A stretch of DNA of 64,000 nucleotides from Calditrichia bacterium (GTDB taxonomy: Bacteria; Calditrichota; Calditrichia; JAJRVZ01). The notes beneath the pieces were generated by a model. The model saw nothing but the letters and a program-made list of their open reading frames with translations. It was not told where the DNA came from and did no database searches. The stretch is taken from assembly GCA_963777955.1 (NCBI GenBank), contig CAVZSQ010000027.1, forward strand, positions 22,603 through 86,602, in the 5' to 3' direction. Shown one piece after another: positions 49,428 to 58,297 of this stretch. Within the stretch, counting starts at the first letter, position 1; each line of letters opens with the position of its first letter. The translations under genes were made by a program, and so were the position numbers.

Positions 49428-49541
49428 TGGGAGACAAAGGCGGTAAAAAGGATAAGAACAAGAGTCAAAAACAGCACAAAAGCAAACAGGATCAAAAGGA
49501 AAAAATGAAACAGGACAGGCTGCCGAAAAGAACCCAGTAAC
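49428..49541 (+). CDS. Small, highly basic Lys-rich protein (37 aa), hypothetical.
   Basis: Read directly from the sequence; it is below the ORF-track length cutoff. A strong SD (aaaaggaga) lies 7 nt upstream of the ATG. The translation is MGDKGGKKDKNKSQKQHKSKQDQKEKMKQDRLPKRTQ. Confidence 0.35.
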
Positions 49542-49617
49542 AGCAATCTGACTTAAATATGTTTACTTGTATGAGCCCGACCCGGACTCGGTAAAATCGA
49601 GTAAATATTATCTATTT

Positions 49618-49836
49618 TTATTTTTTAAGTAATTCACGCATCTGTCTGAGAATAAGCGCTATTACAAAAATTAACAGAATGGCTGCGAATTCCAGAAGTC
49701 TTCCTGCTTCATAGGGCAGCTGAGAGAGTTGCCAGCCAAATAGACCTAAAATTTTGTCCAAAAATGCCAGAAATAATAGTAAAAAAGCACATACAAAAAA
49801 AATACGGGAAACAACACTGCTGAGTTTATCAAACAT
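49618..49836 (-). CDS. Small membrane protein (2 TM), hypothetical.
   Basis: 72 aa hydrophobic ORF. Confidence 0.35.
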   Translation of the reverse strand: MFDKLSSVVSRIFFVCAFLLLFLAFLDKILGLFGWQLSQLPYEAGRLLEFAAILLIFVIALILRQMRELLKK

Positions 49837-49855
49837 ATTTGTTCTCCTTCAGTAA

Positions 49856-50149
49856 TTAATTTCTTGGAATAGCTATCGCGTTTGCAGCGAGATTATAATG
49901 ATGGAAATCAAGACGTACCATTCTAATAGTACCCTGATTATCAAGAAACCATAACTGGGCCCAGCCGGGGTGTGCGCCATTTGCAGTTACTGCGAATAAT
50001 GGACCGTATTCAGATGGTATCCCTTTCAGATCAGTGATTTTAATGTTCTCTAATTGGGTATTTGATGCAGTTTCTCCGGGAATACGCTCGCAGGTGCTGA
50101 TTAAGAAAATGAGTAAAACCAGGAGAGTTATAATAAAAACACGATTCAT
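49856..50149 (-). CDS. Hypothetical lipoprotein.
   Basis: Signal peptide with lipobox (LISTC). The start is probably the Met at 50149. Confidence 0.4.
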   Translation of the reverse strand: MNRVFIITLLVLLIFLISTCERIPGETASNTQLENIKITDLKGIPSEYGPLFAVTANGAHPGWAQLWFLDNQGTIRMVRLDFHHYNLAANAIAIPRN

Positions 50150-50482
50150 TGGCTGGAGTAACACTTTGCACCTCCTTTTTTATGCTTGTGGTAGTTAAGA
50201 ATTCCGGGTTGAATTATTAATTATTTAAAATTATATGTTTTATATAAATAAAATTCGAAATAGCAACCGTGCTAAAAATCGTAAAGATATGTCAGTTATT
50301 AATGGAAAATCTTTTAAAGAATACAATAATTGATAATCTTTAGCAATGAAAAGTAATATTTTATCCAGCACTCCCTGATCTGAATCCGCTGCTTCTTTTC
50401 GAAAATATTTTAATAGTGGTTTAAAAGTTACGATTTTCTGCCGATAATTGGTTTAACTTAGAGAGCCAAAAACGGGGGTTTC

Positions 50483-51055
50483 ATGAAACGAGTTTTTTCA
50501 TTTATTATAATGGGTTTTATTTACAGCCAGGTAGTGTTCGGTCAACAACAGAATGTGGCCGTGATTAATTTTGAAGCGCTGGGATTATCACAGGTCGAAG
50601 GAGCCGCCCTGACCGACCGGTTCCGGTCGGAATTATTTAAAACCGGGAAATTCACGGTGCTGGAACGCGATAAAATGGATGAGATCCTGGTCGAACAGGG
50701 GCTGCAGCAGACAGGCTGTACTTCCAGCGAGTGCCTGGTCGAAATGGGAAAATTGCTCAATGTCCATCAGATCTTCGCCGGTTCAGTATCTCAATTTGGA
50801 AATATATTTTCCGTTACCGTCCGCTTAGTCGATATTCAAACCGGGAAAATTCAGGATTCAAATTCCCAGGACTTCAGTTCCGGAAAAGAAAAATTATTGA
50901 CCGATGGAATGAAGGCGGTTGCCTTATATTTTGCCGGAATAAAAACCGTGATCGCAGCTCCAAGAGTTGAACAAGCGGTGACTACCAGCAGTGATACCAG
51001 TGCCCTTAAACGTGAAATGCTTAACAAGATGTCGGCCAGAAGAAGAACAAAATAG
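50483..51055 (+). CDS. Periplasmic protein with a CsgG/LpoB-like fold (hypothetical).
   Basis: Signal peptide, then the pattern VAVINFEALG...LTDRFRSELFKTGKFTVLERDKMDEILVEQGLQQTG...GKLLNV..IFAGSVSQFG...VTVRLVDIQTGKI, characteristic of CsgG/LpoB/TolB-N-like domains. Confidence 0.4.
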   Translation: MKRVFSFIIMGFIYSQVVFGQQQNVAVINFEALGLSQVEGAALTDRFRSELFKTGKFTVLERDKMDEILVEQGLQQTGCTSSECLVEMGKLLNVHQIFAGSVSQFGNIFSVTVRLVDIQTGKIQDSNSQDFSSGKEKLLTDGMKAVALYFAGIKTVIAAPRVEQAVTTSSDTSALKREMLNKMSARRRTK

Positions 51056-51060
51056 ATTAT

Positions 51061-51120
51061 CAAATTCCAAAATCCAAATTCCAAAATCTAAAAGCTGAAT
51101 ATATTAAGGCCAATTCCAAT
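51061..51120. repeat. Tandem heptanucleotide repeat (AAATTCC/AAAATCC)n, family member 3.
   Basis: caaattccaaaatccaaattccaaaatc ... ccaattccaat, starting 5 nt after the stop at 51055. Confidence 0.7.
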
Positions 51121-51223
51121 TATTTTTTAATAATTTTGAAATTAATAACCCCGTTATATTCGTTCAATATAAATAAATGTGTGATTTTTCTGATAATGAC
51201 AATATAATTTTAAGGAATGGATC

Positions 51224-51490
51224 ATGCCAAAATTCCATATAGAAGTTCCGCATGAGGCGGATGAAACCCTCTGCAAGCAGGCCATCAAAATATTCCTGCA
51301 GAGTGGTTCGCATTTCCTGACCCATGCTGAATGGGGTTGCCTGGATGGTGATCATAATGCCTGGATCATCGCCGAAGTGGATTCGAAGGAAGAAGCCCGG
51401 GGAATTCTTCCTCCGGCTTACCGGCACCAGGCTAAAATAGTCCAGATTACCAGGTTTACTGCAGCAGATATTGCTGAACAGCACCAGTAA
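51224..51490 (+). CDS. Hypothetical small protein.
   Basis: 88 aa ORF with an SD (aaggaatgg). No recognisable family. Confidence 0.35.
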   Translation: MPKFHIEVPHEADETLCKQAIKIFLQSGSHFLTHAEWGCLDGDHNAWIIAEVDSKEEARGILPPAYRHQAKIVQITRFTAADIAEQHQ

Positions 51491-51494
51491 AGTA

Positions 51495-51632
51495 AAATCC
51501 AAATTCCAATGACCAAATTCCAAATTCCAAGAATCAAATTCCAAACAAAAAATTCCAGATTCCAAAATCCAAATTCCAAACAAATTGAGAAATTTGGTAA
51601 TTTGGAATTTGGTAATTGGTATTTGGCATTTT
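51495..51632. repeat. Long heptanucleotide repeat array. Forward units (AAATTCC) are followed by inverted units (TTTGGAA/TTTGGTA), giving an imperfect long hairpin. Family member 4.
   Basis: aaatccaaattccaatgaccaaattccaaattccaagaatcaaattccaaac...attccagattccaaaatccaaattccaaac...aatttggtaatttggaatttggtaattggtatttgg. Confidence 0.75.
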
Positions 51633-51750
51633 CCCTCTTGCATCCGCATCAAAAAGTAAATAACTTCAAAACTTTATTTGTCTTAACGGCAAGACCAAGA
51701 CGGACAATTTAAAATCCTGGCAATACATACATAAGGGTAAGAGTGGTACA

Positions 51751-52791
51751 ATGAAAAAAATACCTGTAGGAATTCTGGGTGCTACCGGCAGCGTGGGACA
51801 AAAGTTCATTCAACTGCTGGCCGATCATCCTTATTTTGAAGTTAGCGAAGTCGCCGCCTCGGACCGCTCGGCGGGTAAAAATTACGCCCAGACCGTGAAC
51901 TGGTTTCTGGAAACACCCATACCGGAAAATGTTGCTGAACTGGAAATTAAACCGTGCCAGGCAGATCTGAAATGTAAAACTGTTTTTTCTGGTCTGGATT
52001 CCAGCGTGGCCGGCGAGATCGAAACGCAATTTGCCCGGGCCGGTTATACGGTAATTTCGAATTCAAAAAATCACCGTATGGATGACGAAGTACCGCTGCT
52101 GATCCCGGAAGTAAACGCCGCTCATCTGGCCCTGCTCAGCGGTAAGCGTCCCTACCCCGGTCAGATCGTGACCAACCCGAACTGCTCGGTGATCGGCCTG
52201 GTGCTGGCCCTGAAACCGCTGCACGATGCCTTCGGCTTGGAACAGGTGAACGTGATCACCATGCAGGCCTTGTCGGGCGCCGGTTTTCCGGGAGTGGCCA
52301 GCCTGTCCATAACCGAAAATGTGATCCCTTATATCGCTGGGGAAGAAGAAAAAATGGAAAAAGAACCTCTGAAGATATTGGGAAAACTGGAAAAGAACAG
52401 TGTGCACTTTGCTGATTTCATCATCAGCGCCCAGTGCAACCGCGTAGCGGTGCTGGACGGTCACCTGGAAACCGTGCAGGTAAAACTAAAACACCAGGCC
52501 CGGGAGCAGGACATCATCGATTGCTGGAATAAATTTAAGGCTGAACCGCAGGAACTGAATTTGCCGATGGCTCCGCTGCAACCCATACGTTACTTTGAGC
52601 GGGTCGATTATCCCCAGCCGCGCCTGCATCGCAATATCGATAAGGGCATGGCCGTTTCGGTGGGACGACTGCGGCCCTGCAATATCTTTGATTATAAATT
52701 TGTCATGCTGTCGCATAATACCATCCGCGGCGCTGCCGGAGGAACAATCCTCTGCGCCGAACTGATGAAAGCCAAAGGTCTGTTAACCTGA
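51751..52791 (+). CDS. asd: Aspartate-semialdehyde dehydrogenase.
   Basis: NAD(P)-binding GATGSVGQ, active-site Cys block (NPNCSVIGL), and overall collinearity with ASD. Confidence 0.9.
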   Translation: MKKIPVGILGATGSVGQKFIQLLADHPYFEVSEVAASDRSAGKNYAQTVNWFLETPIPENVAELEIKPCQADLKCKTVFSGLDSSVAGEIETQFARAGYTVISNSKNHRMDDEVPLLIPEVNAAHLALLSGKRPYPGQIVTNPNCSVIGLVLALKPLHDAFGLEQVNVITMQALSGAGFPGVASLSITENVIPYIAGEEEKMEKEPLKILGKLEKNSVHFADFIISAQCNRVAVLDGHLETVQVKLKHQAREQDIIDCWNKFKAEPQELNLPMAPLQPIRYFERVDYPQPRLHRNIDKGMAVSVGRLRPCNIFDYKFVMLSHNTIRGAAGGTILCAELMKAKGLLT

Positions 52792-53761
52792 TGCCGGTCG
52801 AGTTAAAGTATAAAAAAATACGCATACGCGTCTTTGCTCCGGCCACGGTAGCTAATGTGGGCAGCGGCTTTGATATTTTCGGTTTTGCCCTGAATACACC
52901 GGGGGACGAATTGCGCTTACAGGTTACCTCTCGACCGGGAGTCAGGATTTCCCGCATCACCGGTGAAGACGGACAGTTGCCGCTGGCGGCGGAAAAAAAT
53001 ACCGCCGGGGGATCAATCCTGGCCATGCTGCAAGACTTACGTGCCGGTTTTGGCGTCCGGATGGAATTATACAAAAAAATGCCCATCGGCAGTGGGCTTG
53101 GTTCCAGCGCCGCCAGCGCCGTGGCCAGCGTTTTTGCCCTGAATTCCCTCCTGAAAAAGCCACTTCGGCCAGGGCAGAATTACTGACCTTCGCCATCGAA
53201 GGAGAAAAAATCGCCTCAGGCGCCAGCGTACATCTGGATAATATTGCCGCCTGCCTGTACGGCGGTTTTATCCTGGTGCGCAGCAGGAAACCCCCTGATA
53301 TCGTTTCCATCCCCACTCCGCAGGATCTGTATTGCACGGTCATCCATCCGCGCATTGAAATAAAGACATCCATGTCGCGCCAGATGCTGCGGAACCAAAT
53401 CCCGCTGGAAACAGCTATAACCCAGTGGGGCAATGTAGGGGGCATGATCACTGCACTGTTCAAAAAAGATTACCAGCTGCTGAGCCGCTCACTGAAGGAT
53501 GTGGTGGCCGAACCGGTCCGTTCCATGCTGATTCCCCATTTTCAGGAATTAAATGATCTGGCTATTCGCAGCGGAGCCCTGGGCTGCAGCATCGCCGGAT
53601 CCGGTCCATCAGTATTTGCCCTCAGTGCCGGAAAAAATACAGCCAAAAAAGTCGGCGCGGCGCTGCAAAAATTTTTATCCGGACGGGAGATTGAGCATGA
53701 TCTCTATATATCTGCGATTAACCGGGCAGGCCCTAAAATTATTAAACTTGAAAAAAAATAG
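52791..53761 (+). CDS. thrB: Homoserine kinase, interrupted by a -1 frameshift near 53160-53170.
   Basis: GHMP kinase motif PIGSGLGSSAASAVAS in ORF 52791..53186. ...ELLTFAIEGEKIASGASVHLDNIAACLYGGF... continues in the frame of 53276..53761. Inserting one T in CTTCGG restores KPLSARAELLTF. Confidence 0.85.
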
Positions 53762-53772
53762 ATTTCACTGCC

Positions 53773-55098
53773 ATGATATTTTACAGTACAAAAAGCAAAA
53801 AAAACAAGGTCTCTTTCCGTGAGGCAGTCGTAAAGGGGATTGCCGCAGATGGCGGATTGTATGTGCCTGCGGAATATCCAAAACTTTCTCCGGCATTTAT
53901 TTCCTCTCTTGCTGATTCCAGCATGGCTGAAATCGGTTTCACGGTAATCCGGCAATTCTGTGATGATATAGCGGATCAGGATTTACGTGCAATCCTGAAG
54001 AAAACATTAATCTTTGACTTTCCGCTGGTGCCTCTCTCCGATAATATTTCCATTCTGGAATTATTTCATGGACCAACCCTGGCCTTTAAGGATCTGGGGG
54101 CCAGGTTCCTGGCCAATCTGCTGTCGTATTATCTAAGACAAAGGGATAAAGAAATCCTGGTGCTGGTGGCAACCTCGGGTGATACAGGGAGCGCGGTGGC
54201 CCACGGCTTTTATGACCTGGCCGGAATCAAAATCGGTTTGCTTTATCCCAGCAAAAAAGTCAGCCAGATCCAGGAGCAGCAATTGACCACCCTGGATAAG
54301 AATATTTATGCCCTGGAAATTGACGGGACTTTCGACGACTGTCAGGCTCTGGTAAAAAAAGCCTTTCAGGACCGCGAGTTGCAGAAGAAATTTTACCTTA
54401 CCTCCGCCAATTCCATTAATATAGCCAGACTGCTGCCGCAGTCCTTTTATTATTTTTATGCCTTCGGCCAATTGATCCGCCGCGGTTTAAGGTCGGCCGA
54501 AGTCATATTTTCGGTTCCCTGCGGTAATTTCGGGAATCTGACTGCCGGTTTGCTGGCCGCCAAAATGGGTTTGCCGGTGAAAAGATTTATTGCTGCCGTA
54601 AACAGTAATACCGTTTTTCCTGATTATTTAACCAGCGGAGAGTTTAAATCCCGCCCGGCCATTAAAACCCTGTCCAATGCCATGGATGTGGGCGATCCCA
54701 GTAATGTACAGCGTATACTGTCTCTTTATGGAAATAATCTGGCTGCAATGAAGGAGAAGATCTATAGTTGCAGTATCTCTGATCCTGAGACAATTACCGG
54801 GATCAGGGAAGTATATGATAAATATCATTATGTCATCGATCCGCACGGCGCGGTGGGATATCAGGCTTTAAACAGATTTCAACAGCAGTATACAGATAAA
54901 ATGAAAGTTCAACCGGATCATTTCATAACTCTGGAGACAGCACACCCGGCCAAATTTGTAGATATAGTTGCCCAGGCGATAAATGTTGAAATTGAAATTC
55001 CGGCGCGTCTGGCAGAAGTAATGTATAAACAAAAAAAATCTATATTCCTGCCCAATGATTTTATTGAATTAAAAGAAAGATTACTGACGTTGGCCTGA
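53773..55098 (+). CDS. thrC: Threonine synthase.
   Basis: PLP-lysine block (GPTLAFKDLGARF), Gly-rich PLP phosphate loop (SGDTGSA), and the correct length (441 aa). Confidence 0.9.
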   Translation: MIFYSTKSKKNKVSFREAVVKGIAADGGLYVPAEYPKLSPAFISSLADSSMAEIGFTVIRQFCDDIADQDLRAILKKTLIFDFPLVPLSDNISILELFHGPTLAFKDLGARFLANLLSYYLRQRDKEILVLVATSGDTGSAVAHGFYDLAGIKIGLLYPSKKVSQIQEQQLTTLDKNIYALEIDGTFDDCQALVKKAFQDRELQKKFYLTSANSINIARLLPQSFYYFYAFGQLIRRGLRSAEVIFSVPCGNFGNLTAGLLAAKMGLPVKRFIAAVNSNTVFPDYLTSGEFKSRPAIKTLSNAMDVGDPSNVQRILSLYGNNLAAMKEKIYSCSISDPETITGIREVYDKYHYVIDPHGAVGYQALNRFQQQYTDKMKVQPDHFITLETAHPAKFVDIVAQAINVEIEIPARLAEVMYKQKKSIFLPNDFIELKERLLTLA

Positions 55099-55269
55099 TT
55101 CCTTCCTTTAATAAAGGTAAAAAGGGGAAAAGGCTAAAAGGTTATAATGTATAAATATGAGAAAATATGCATATTTATCTAATTTATTATTGCATTTTAT
55201 AATTTTTTTACTATATTTATCCAGCAAGTAGAAATTTATATACTGGAAAAAATGTATCGTTTCATGCAA

Positions 55270-55440
55270 AACATATTGTTAGCGATATTCTTCCTACGAC
55301 CTACCACGCCCGCGGTATCGTTCAGAGTGGTACCGCGATCTCCGGGTAGACGATCATGATGATGCGTCTTTCCAACTAAGATCGTCGACTCTCTTTTCAT
55401 AATATTTCACCAGATATTTAATAATAACCAAGTTTAAAAT
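55270..55440 (+). promoter_or_regulatory. Structured leader region upstream of the GNAT-argG-argC operon (several nested hairpins). A possible attenuator or regulatory RNA.
   Basis: CGCGGTA-n13-TACCGCG, AGACG-n12-CGTCT and GACGATC...GATCGTCGAC inverted repeats, within 170 nt upstream of the first gene of the arginine block. Confidence 0.3.
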
Positions 55441-55458
55441 CATATAGGGGAAACAGTA

Positions 55459-56076
55459 ATGAAAGAAGGCAAACAACAAAAACACACATTTCAAATCTAT
55501 GTGGCTACAACGGAACACATCCGGTTTGCTGAAAAAATATCGCAGCTGATCGAACACGCCGCCATTGCCAGGGGGACGGGTATTGCCAAACGTTCTCCGG
55601 AATATATCGCACAAAAGATAACGGAGGGCAAGGGGATAATTGCCTTTGCCGGTGATATTCTGGCCGGATTTTGTTACATTGAAACCTGGGGCCATGGAAA
55701 ATACGTGGCTAATTCCGGTCTGATTGTGGCTGAACAATTCCGCGGTCTCGGACTGTCCAAGCAGATAAAAAAAGGGGCATTTAATCTCTCGCGCAAGAAA
55801 TATCCTCAGGCGAAATTGTTTGGAATCACCACCAGTCCCGCAGTCCTGAAGATAAACTCGCAACTGGGTTACCGGCCGGTTGGATTTGCCGAGCTGACCA
55901 CGGATGAAGAGTTCTGGCGCGGTTGCCAGAGTTGCGCCAATTATGACATCCTGCAGCGCACCAATAGAAAATTATGCCTCTGTACCGGCATGCTGTACGA
56001 TCCGGCGGAAAAATTAGAACCGATAATCGTGGAAAAAGTAGAAGATGAAAAAGCAAAAAGTAGTGTTAGCATATAG
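55459..56076 (+). CDS. GNAT-family N-acetyltransferase, a candidate glutamate N-acyltransferase of the Bacteroidetes-type arginine pathway.
   Basis: GNAT fold with an acetyl-CoA binding loop (AEQFRGLGLSKQ). It sits immediately upstream of and overlapping argG, as in Bacteroidetes arginine clusters. Confidence 0.65.
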   Translation: MKEGKQQKHTFQIYVATTEHIRFAEKISQLIEHAAIARGTGIAKRSPEYIAQKITEGKGIIAFAGDILAGFCYIETWGHGKYVANSGLIVAEQFRGLGLSKQIKKGAFNLSRKKYPQAKLFGITTSPAVLKINSQLGYRPVGFAELTTDEEFWRGCQSCANYDILQRTNRKLCLCTGMLYDPAEKLEPIIVEKVEDEKAKSSVSI

Positions 56077-57250
56077 CGGGGGATTGGATACATCCTATTG
56101 TATCAAATATCTCTCGTTAATAAAAAAACTCGAAGTTCATTCTGTACTGATCGATACCGGCGGTTTCTCTGCTCAGCAATTGGTACAATTGCCAAAACAC
56201 GCCCGGCAACTGGGTGTAACGGTACATAAAACCATCGATGTAACCGGCACCTATTATCAGAACTGTATCCGCTTCCTGGTTTATGGTAATATTTTAAGAA
56301 ACCATACCTATCCGCTTTCGGTGAGTGCTGAACGGGCCTTCCAGGCTATCGCCGTGGCCCGTTATGCCCTGAAAATTAAAGCGGATTATCTGGCCCACGG
56401 CAGCACCGGCGCCGGTAATGACCAGGTCCGTTTTGATGTCATATTTAATATCCTGGCTCCGGGCCTACCTGTGCTGACCCCCATCCGGGATCAGAAATTG
56501 TCGCGTGAAGAGGAAATACGCTTCCTGCAAACGCACAACGTGAACCAGGACTGGCAGAAGTCCCGCTACTCGATCAACCAGGGACTATGGGGTACTTCCA
56601 TCGGCGGAAAGGAAACCCTGACTTCCAGCGAGGCTTTGCCTGAAGAAGCCTATCCAACCAGAGCTTCAAAAACGAAAACGATCCGCCTGGAACTGCATTT
56701 TCAAAAAGGTGAATTCGTCGGTTTTAATTCCGAGCGCTGCCGGAATCCGGTTGAAGCGATTAAAAAATTAAATAACCTGGCGGCACCTTACGGTATCGGA
56801 CGGGATATTCATACCGGCGATACGATTATCGGCATCAAGGGACGGGTGGGTTTCGAAGCCGCTGCGCCGATGTTAATCCTTAAAGCTCACGAAGCGCTGG
56901 AAAAGCACGTTCTGACCAAGTGGCAGATCCACTGGAAAGAGCAACTGGCCAACTGGTATGGTATGCTTATCCACGAAGGTCAATACCTTGATCCGGTCAT
57001 GCGTAATATCGAAAAGTTTATGCAGGATACTCAAAAATTCGTTAATGGTACTGTCTACGTCGAACTGGCTCCCTATCGATTTAAAATTCTGGGCATCAAA
57101 AGTCCGCACGACCTGATGTCCTCTAAATTCGGCCGTTATGGTGAAATGAACCTGGCCTGGAATGGCCAGGACGTGCGGGGTTTTTCAAAAATATTGTCCA
57201 ACCAGAGCATGATTTTCCATGCCCTGAATAAACGGGGGCGCGATGATTAA
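56045..57250 (+). CDS. argG: Argininosuccinate synthase.
   Basis: N-terminal PP-loop AYSGGLDTS and overall collinearity with ArgG. Confidence 0.9.
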   Translation: MKKQKVVLAYSGGLDTSYCIKYLSLIKKLEVHSVLIDTGGFSAQQLVQLPKHARQLGVTVHKTIDVTGTYYQNCIRFLVYGNILRNHTYPLSVSAERAFQAIAVARYALKIKADYLAHGSTGAGNDQVRFDVIFNILAPGLPVLTPIRDQKLSREEEIRFLQTHNVNQDWQKSRYSINQGLWGTSIGGKETLTSSEALPEEAYPTRASKTKTIRLELHFQKGEFVGFNSERCRNPVEAIKKLNNLAAPYGIGRDIHTGDTIIGIKGRVGFEAAAPMLILKAHEALEKHVLTKWQIHWKEQLANWYGMLIHEGQYLDPVMRNIEKFMQDTQKFVNGTVYVELAPYRFKILGIKSPHDLMSSKFGRYGEMNLAWNGQDVRGFSKILSNQSMIFHALNKRGRDD

Positions 57251-58211
57251 GGCCGGAATCATAGGGGGTGCGGGATTCACCGGTGGTGAACTGATCCGTA
57301 TCCTGCTGGGTCATCCCCAGGTCAGGTTATGCTTTGTGCAAAGCCGCAGCCAGCAGGGTAAACACATTCATGAGCTTCATCCTGATCTGCTGGGTGAAAC
57401 TAAATTGACCTTCGGCGCGGAGATCGATAAGGGGGTGGATATTGTTTTTCTTTGTACCGAGCACGGCAAATCTGCCAGAATTCTGGAAGAGAGCGGGTTA
57501 GCGGACACAGTAAAAATTATTGACCTGAGCCAGGACTTCCGTCTGGGGGGTAAAGGCAAATATCATTTTATCTATGGTCTGCCTGAAGTAAACCGTGAAA
57601 AGATCAAAAAGGCCGGTTATATTGCCAATCCGGGATGTTTTGCTACGGCCATTCAGTTGGCCCTGTTGCCGCTGGCCACACATAATCTGCTGCGCAGCGA
57701 AGTACATGTGTCGGCGCTGACCGGTTCAACAGGTGCCGGAGTTCTGGCCGATATCACCACTCACTTTAGCTGGCGCAGTTCCAATGTATCGGTTTATAAA
57801 CCGTTCCGTCACCAGCACCTGGCGGAAATATACAAAACACTGCGGGAGCTTCAGACTGATTGGAACCAGCCGATCCGTTTTTTACCTTTCCGGGGAAATT
57901 TTACCCGCGGTATTTTTGCGGCGCTGTATATGCAAACGGAAAAAGAGCTCTCTGAATTTTTGAAAATATACAGCCGGTATTATGCGACGCATCCTTTCGT
58001 CGTAATCAGCGATAATAATCCGGCCCTGAAGCAGGTGGTCAATACCAATAAGTGCATGTTGTACCTGGAGAAACAGGACGATCTGTTGCTGATCATCAGT
58101 ATTATCGATAATCTGATCAAAGGGGCGGCCGGACAGGCGGTACAGAATATGAATCTGATGTTCGGCCTGGATGAGACCTGCGGGTTGCGTTTCAAAGCGC
58201 AGGCCTTTTAA
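57243..58211 (+). CDS. argC: N-acetyl-gamma-glutamyl-phosphate reductase.
   Basis: GGAGFTGGELIR NAD-binding motif and an active-site Cys block (ANPGCFATA). Confidence 0.9.
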   Translation: MIKAGIIGGAGFTGGELIRILLGHPQVRLCFVQSRSQQGKHIHELHPDLLGETKLTFGAEIDKGVDIVFLCTEHGKSARILEESGLADTVKIIDLSQDFRLGGKGKYHFIYGLPEVNREKIKKAGYIANPGCFATAIQLALLPLATHNLLRSEVHVSALTGSTGAGVLADITTHFSWRSSNVSVYKPFRHQHLAEIYKTLRELQTDWNQPIRFLPFRGNFTRGIFAALYMQTEKELSEFLKIYSRYYATHPFVVISDNNPALKQVVNTNKCMLYLEKQDDLLLIISIIDNLIKGAAGQAVQNMNLMFGLDETCGLRFKAQAF

Positions 58212-58297
58212 AGTACCGCTGACATGATAATTACTAATTACTGATTACAAATAATATTGAAATTGATTAATGACTTTTTAACAGGTTTTATTTTTCT

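Noticed and set aside
51495-51632. Considered whether the heptamer arrays could be CRISPR arrays
   Set aside because: The repeat unit is only 7 nt. There are no unique spacers between units and no cas genes anywhere in the window.
51164-51652. 162-aa minus-strand ORF spanning the repeat array at 51.5 kb
   Set aside because: It is largely a translation of the heptamer repeats (ESGIFCLEFDSWNLEFGHWNLDF). It overlaps the 88-aa plus-strand ORF and has no start context.
55354-55863. 169-aa antisense ORF overlapping the GNAT gene and the structured leader
   Set aside because: It lies antisense to a well-supported CDS and across hairpin-rich non-coding sequence.
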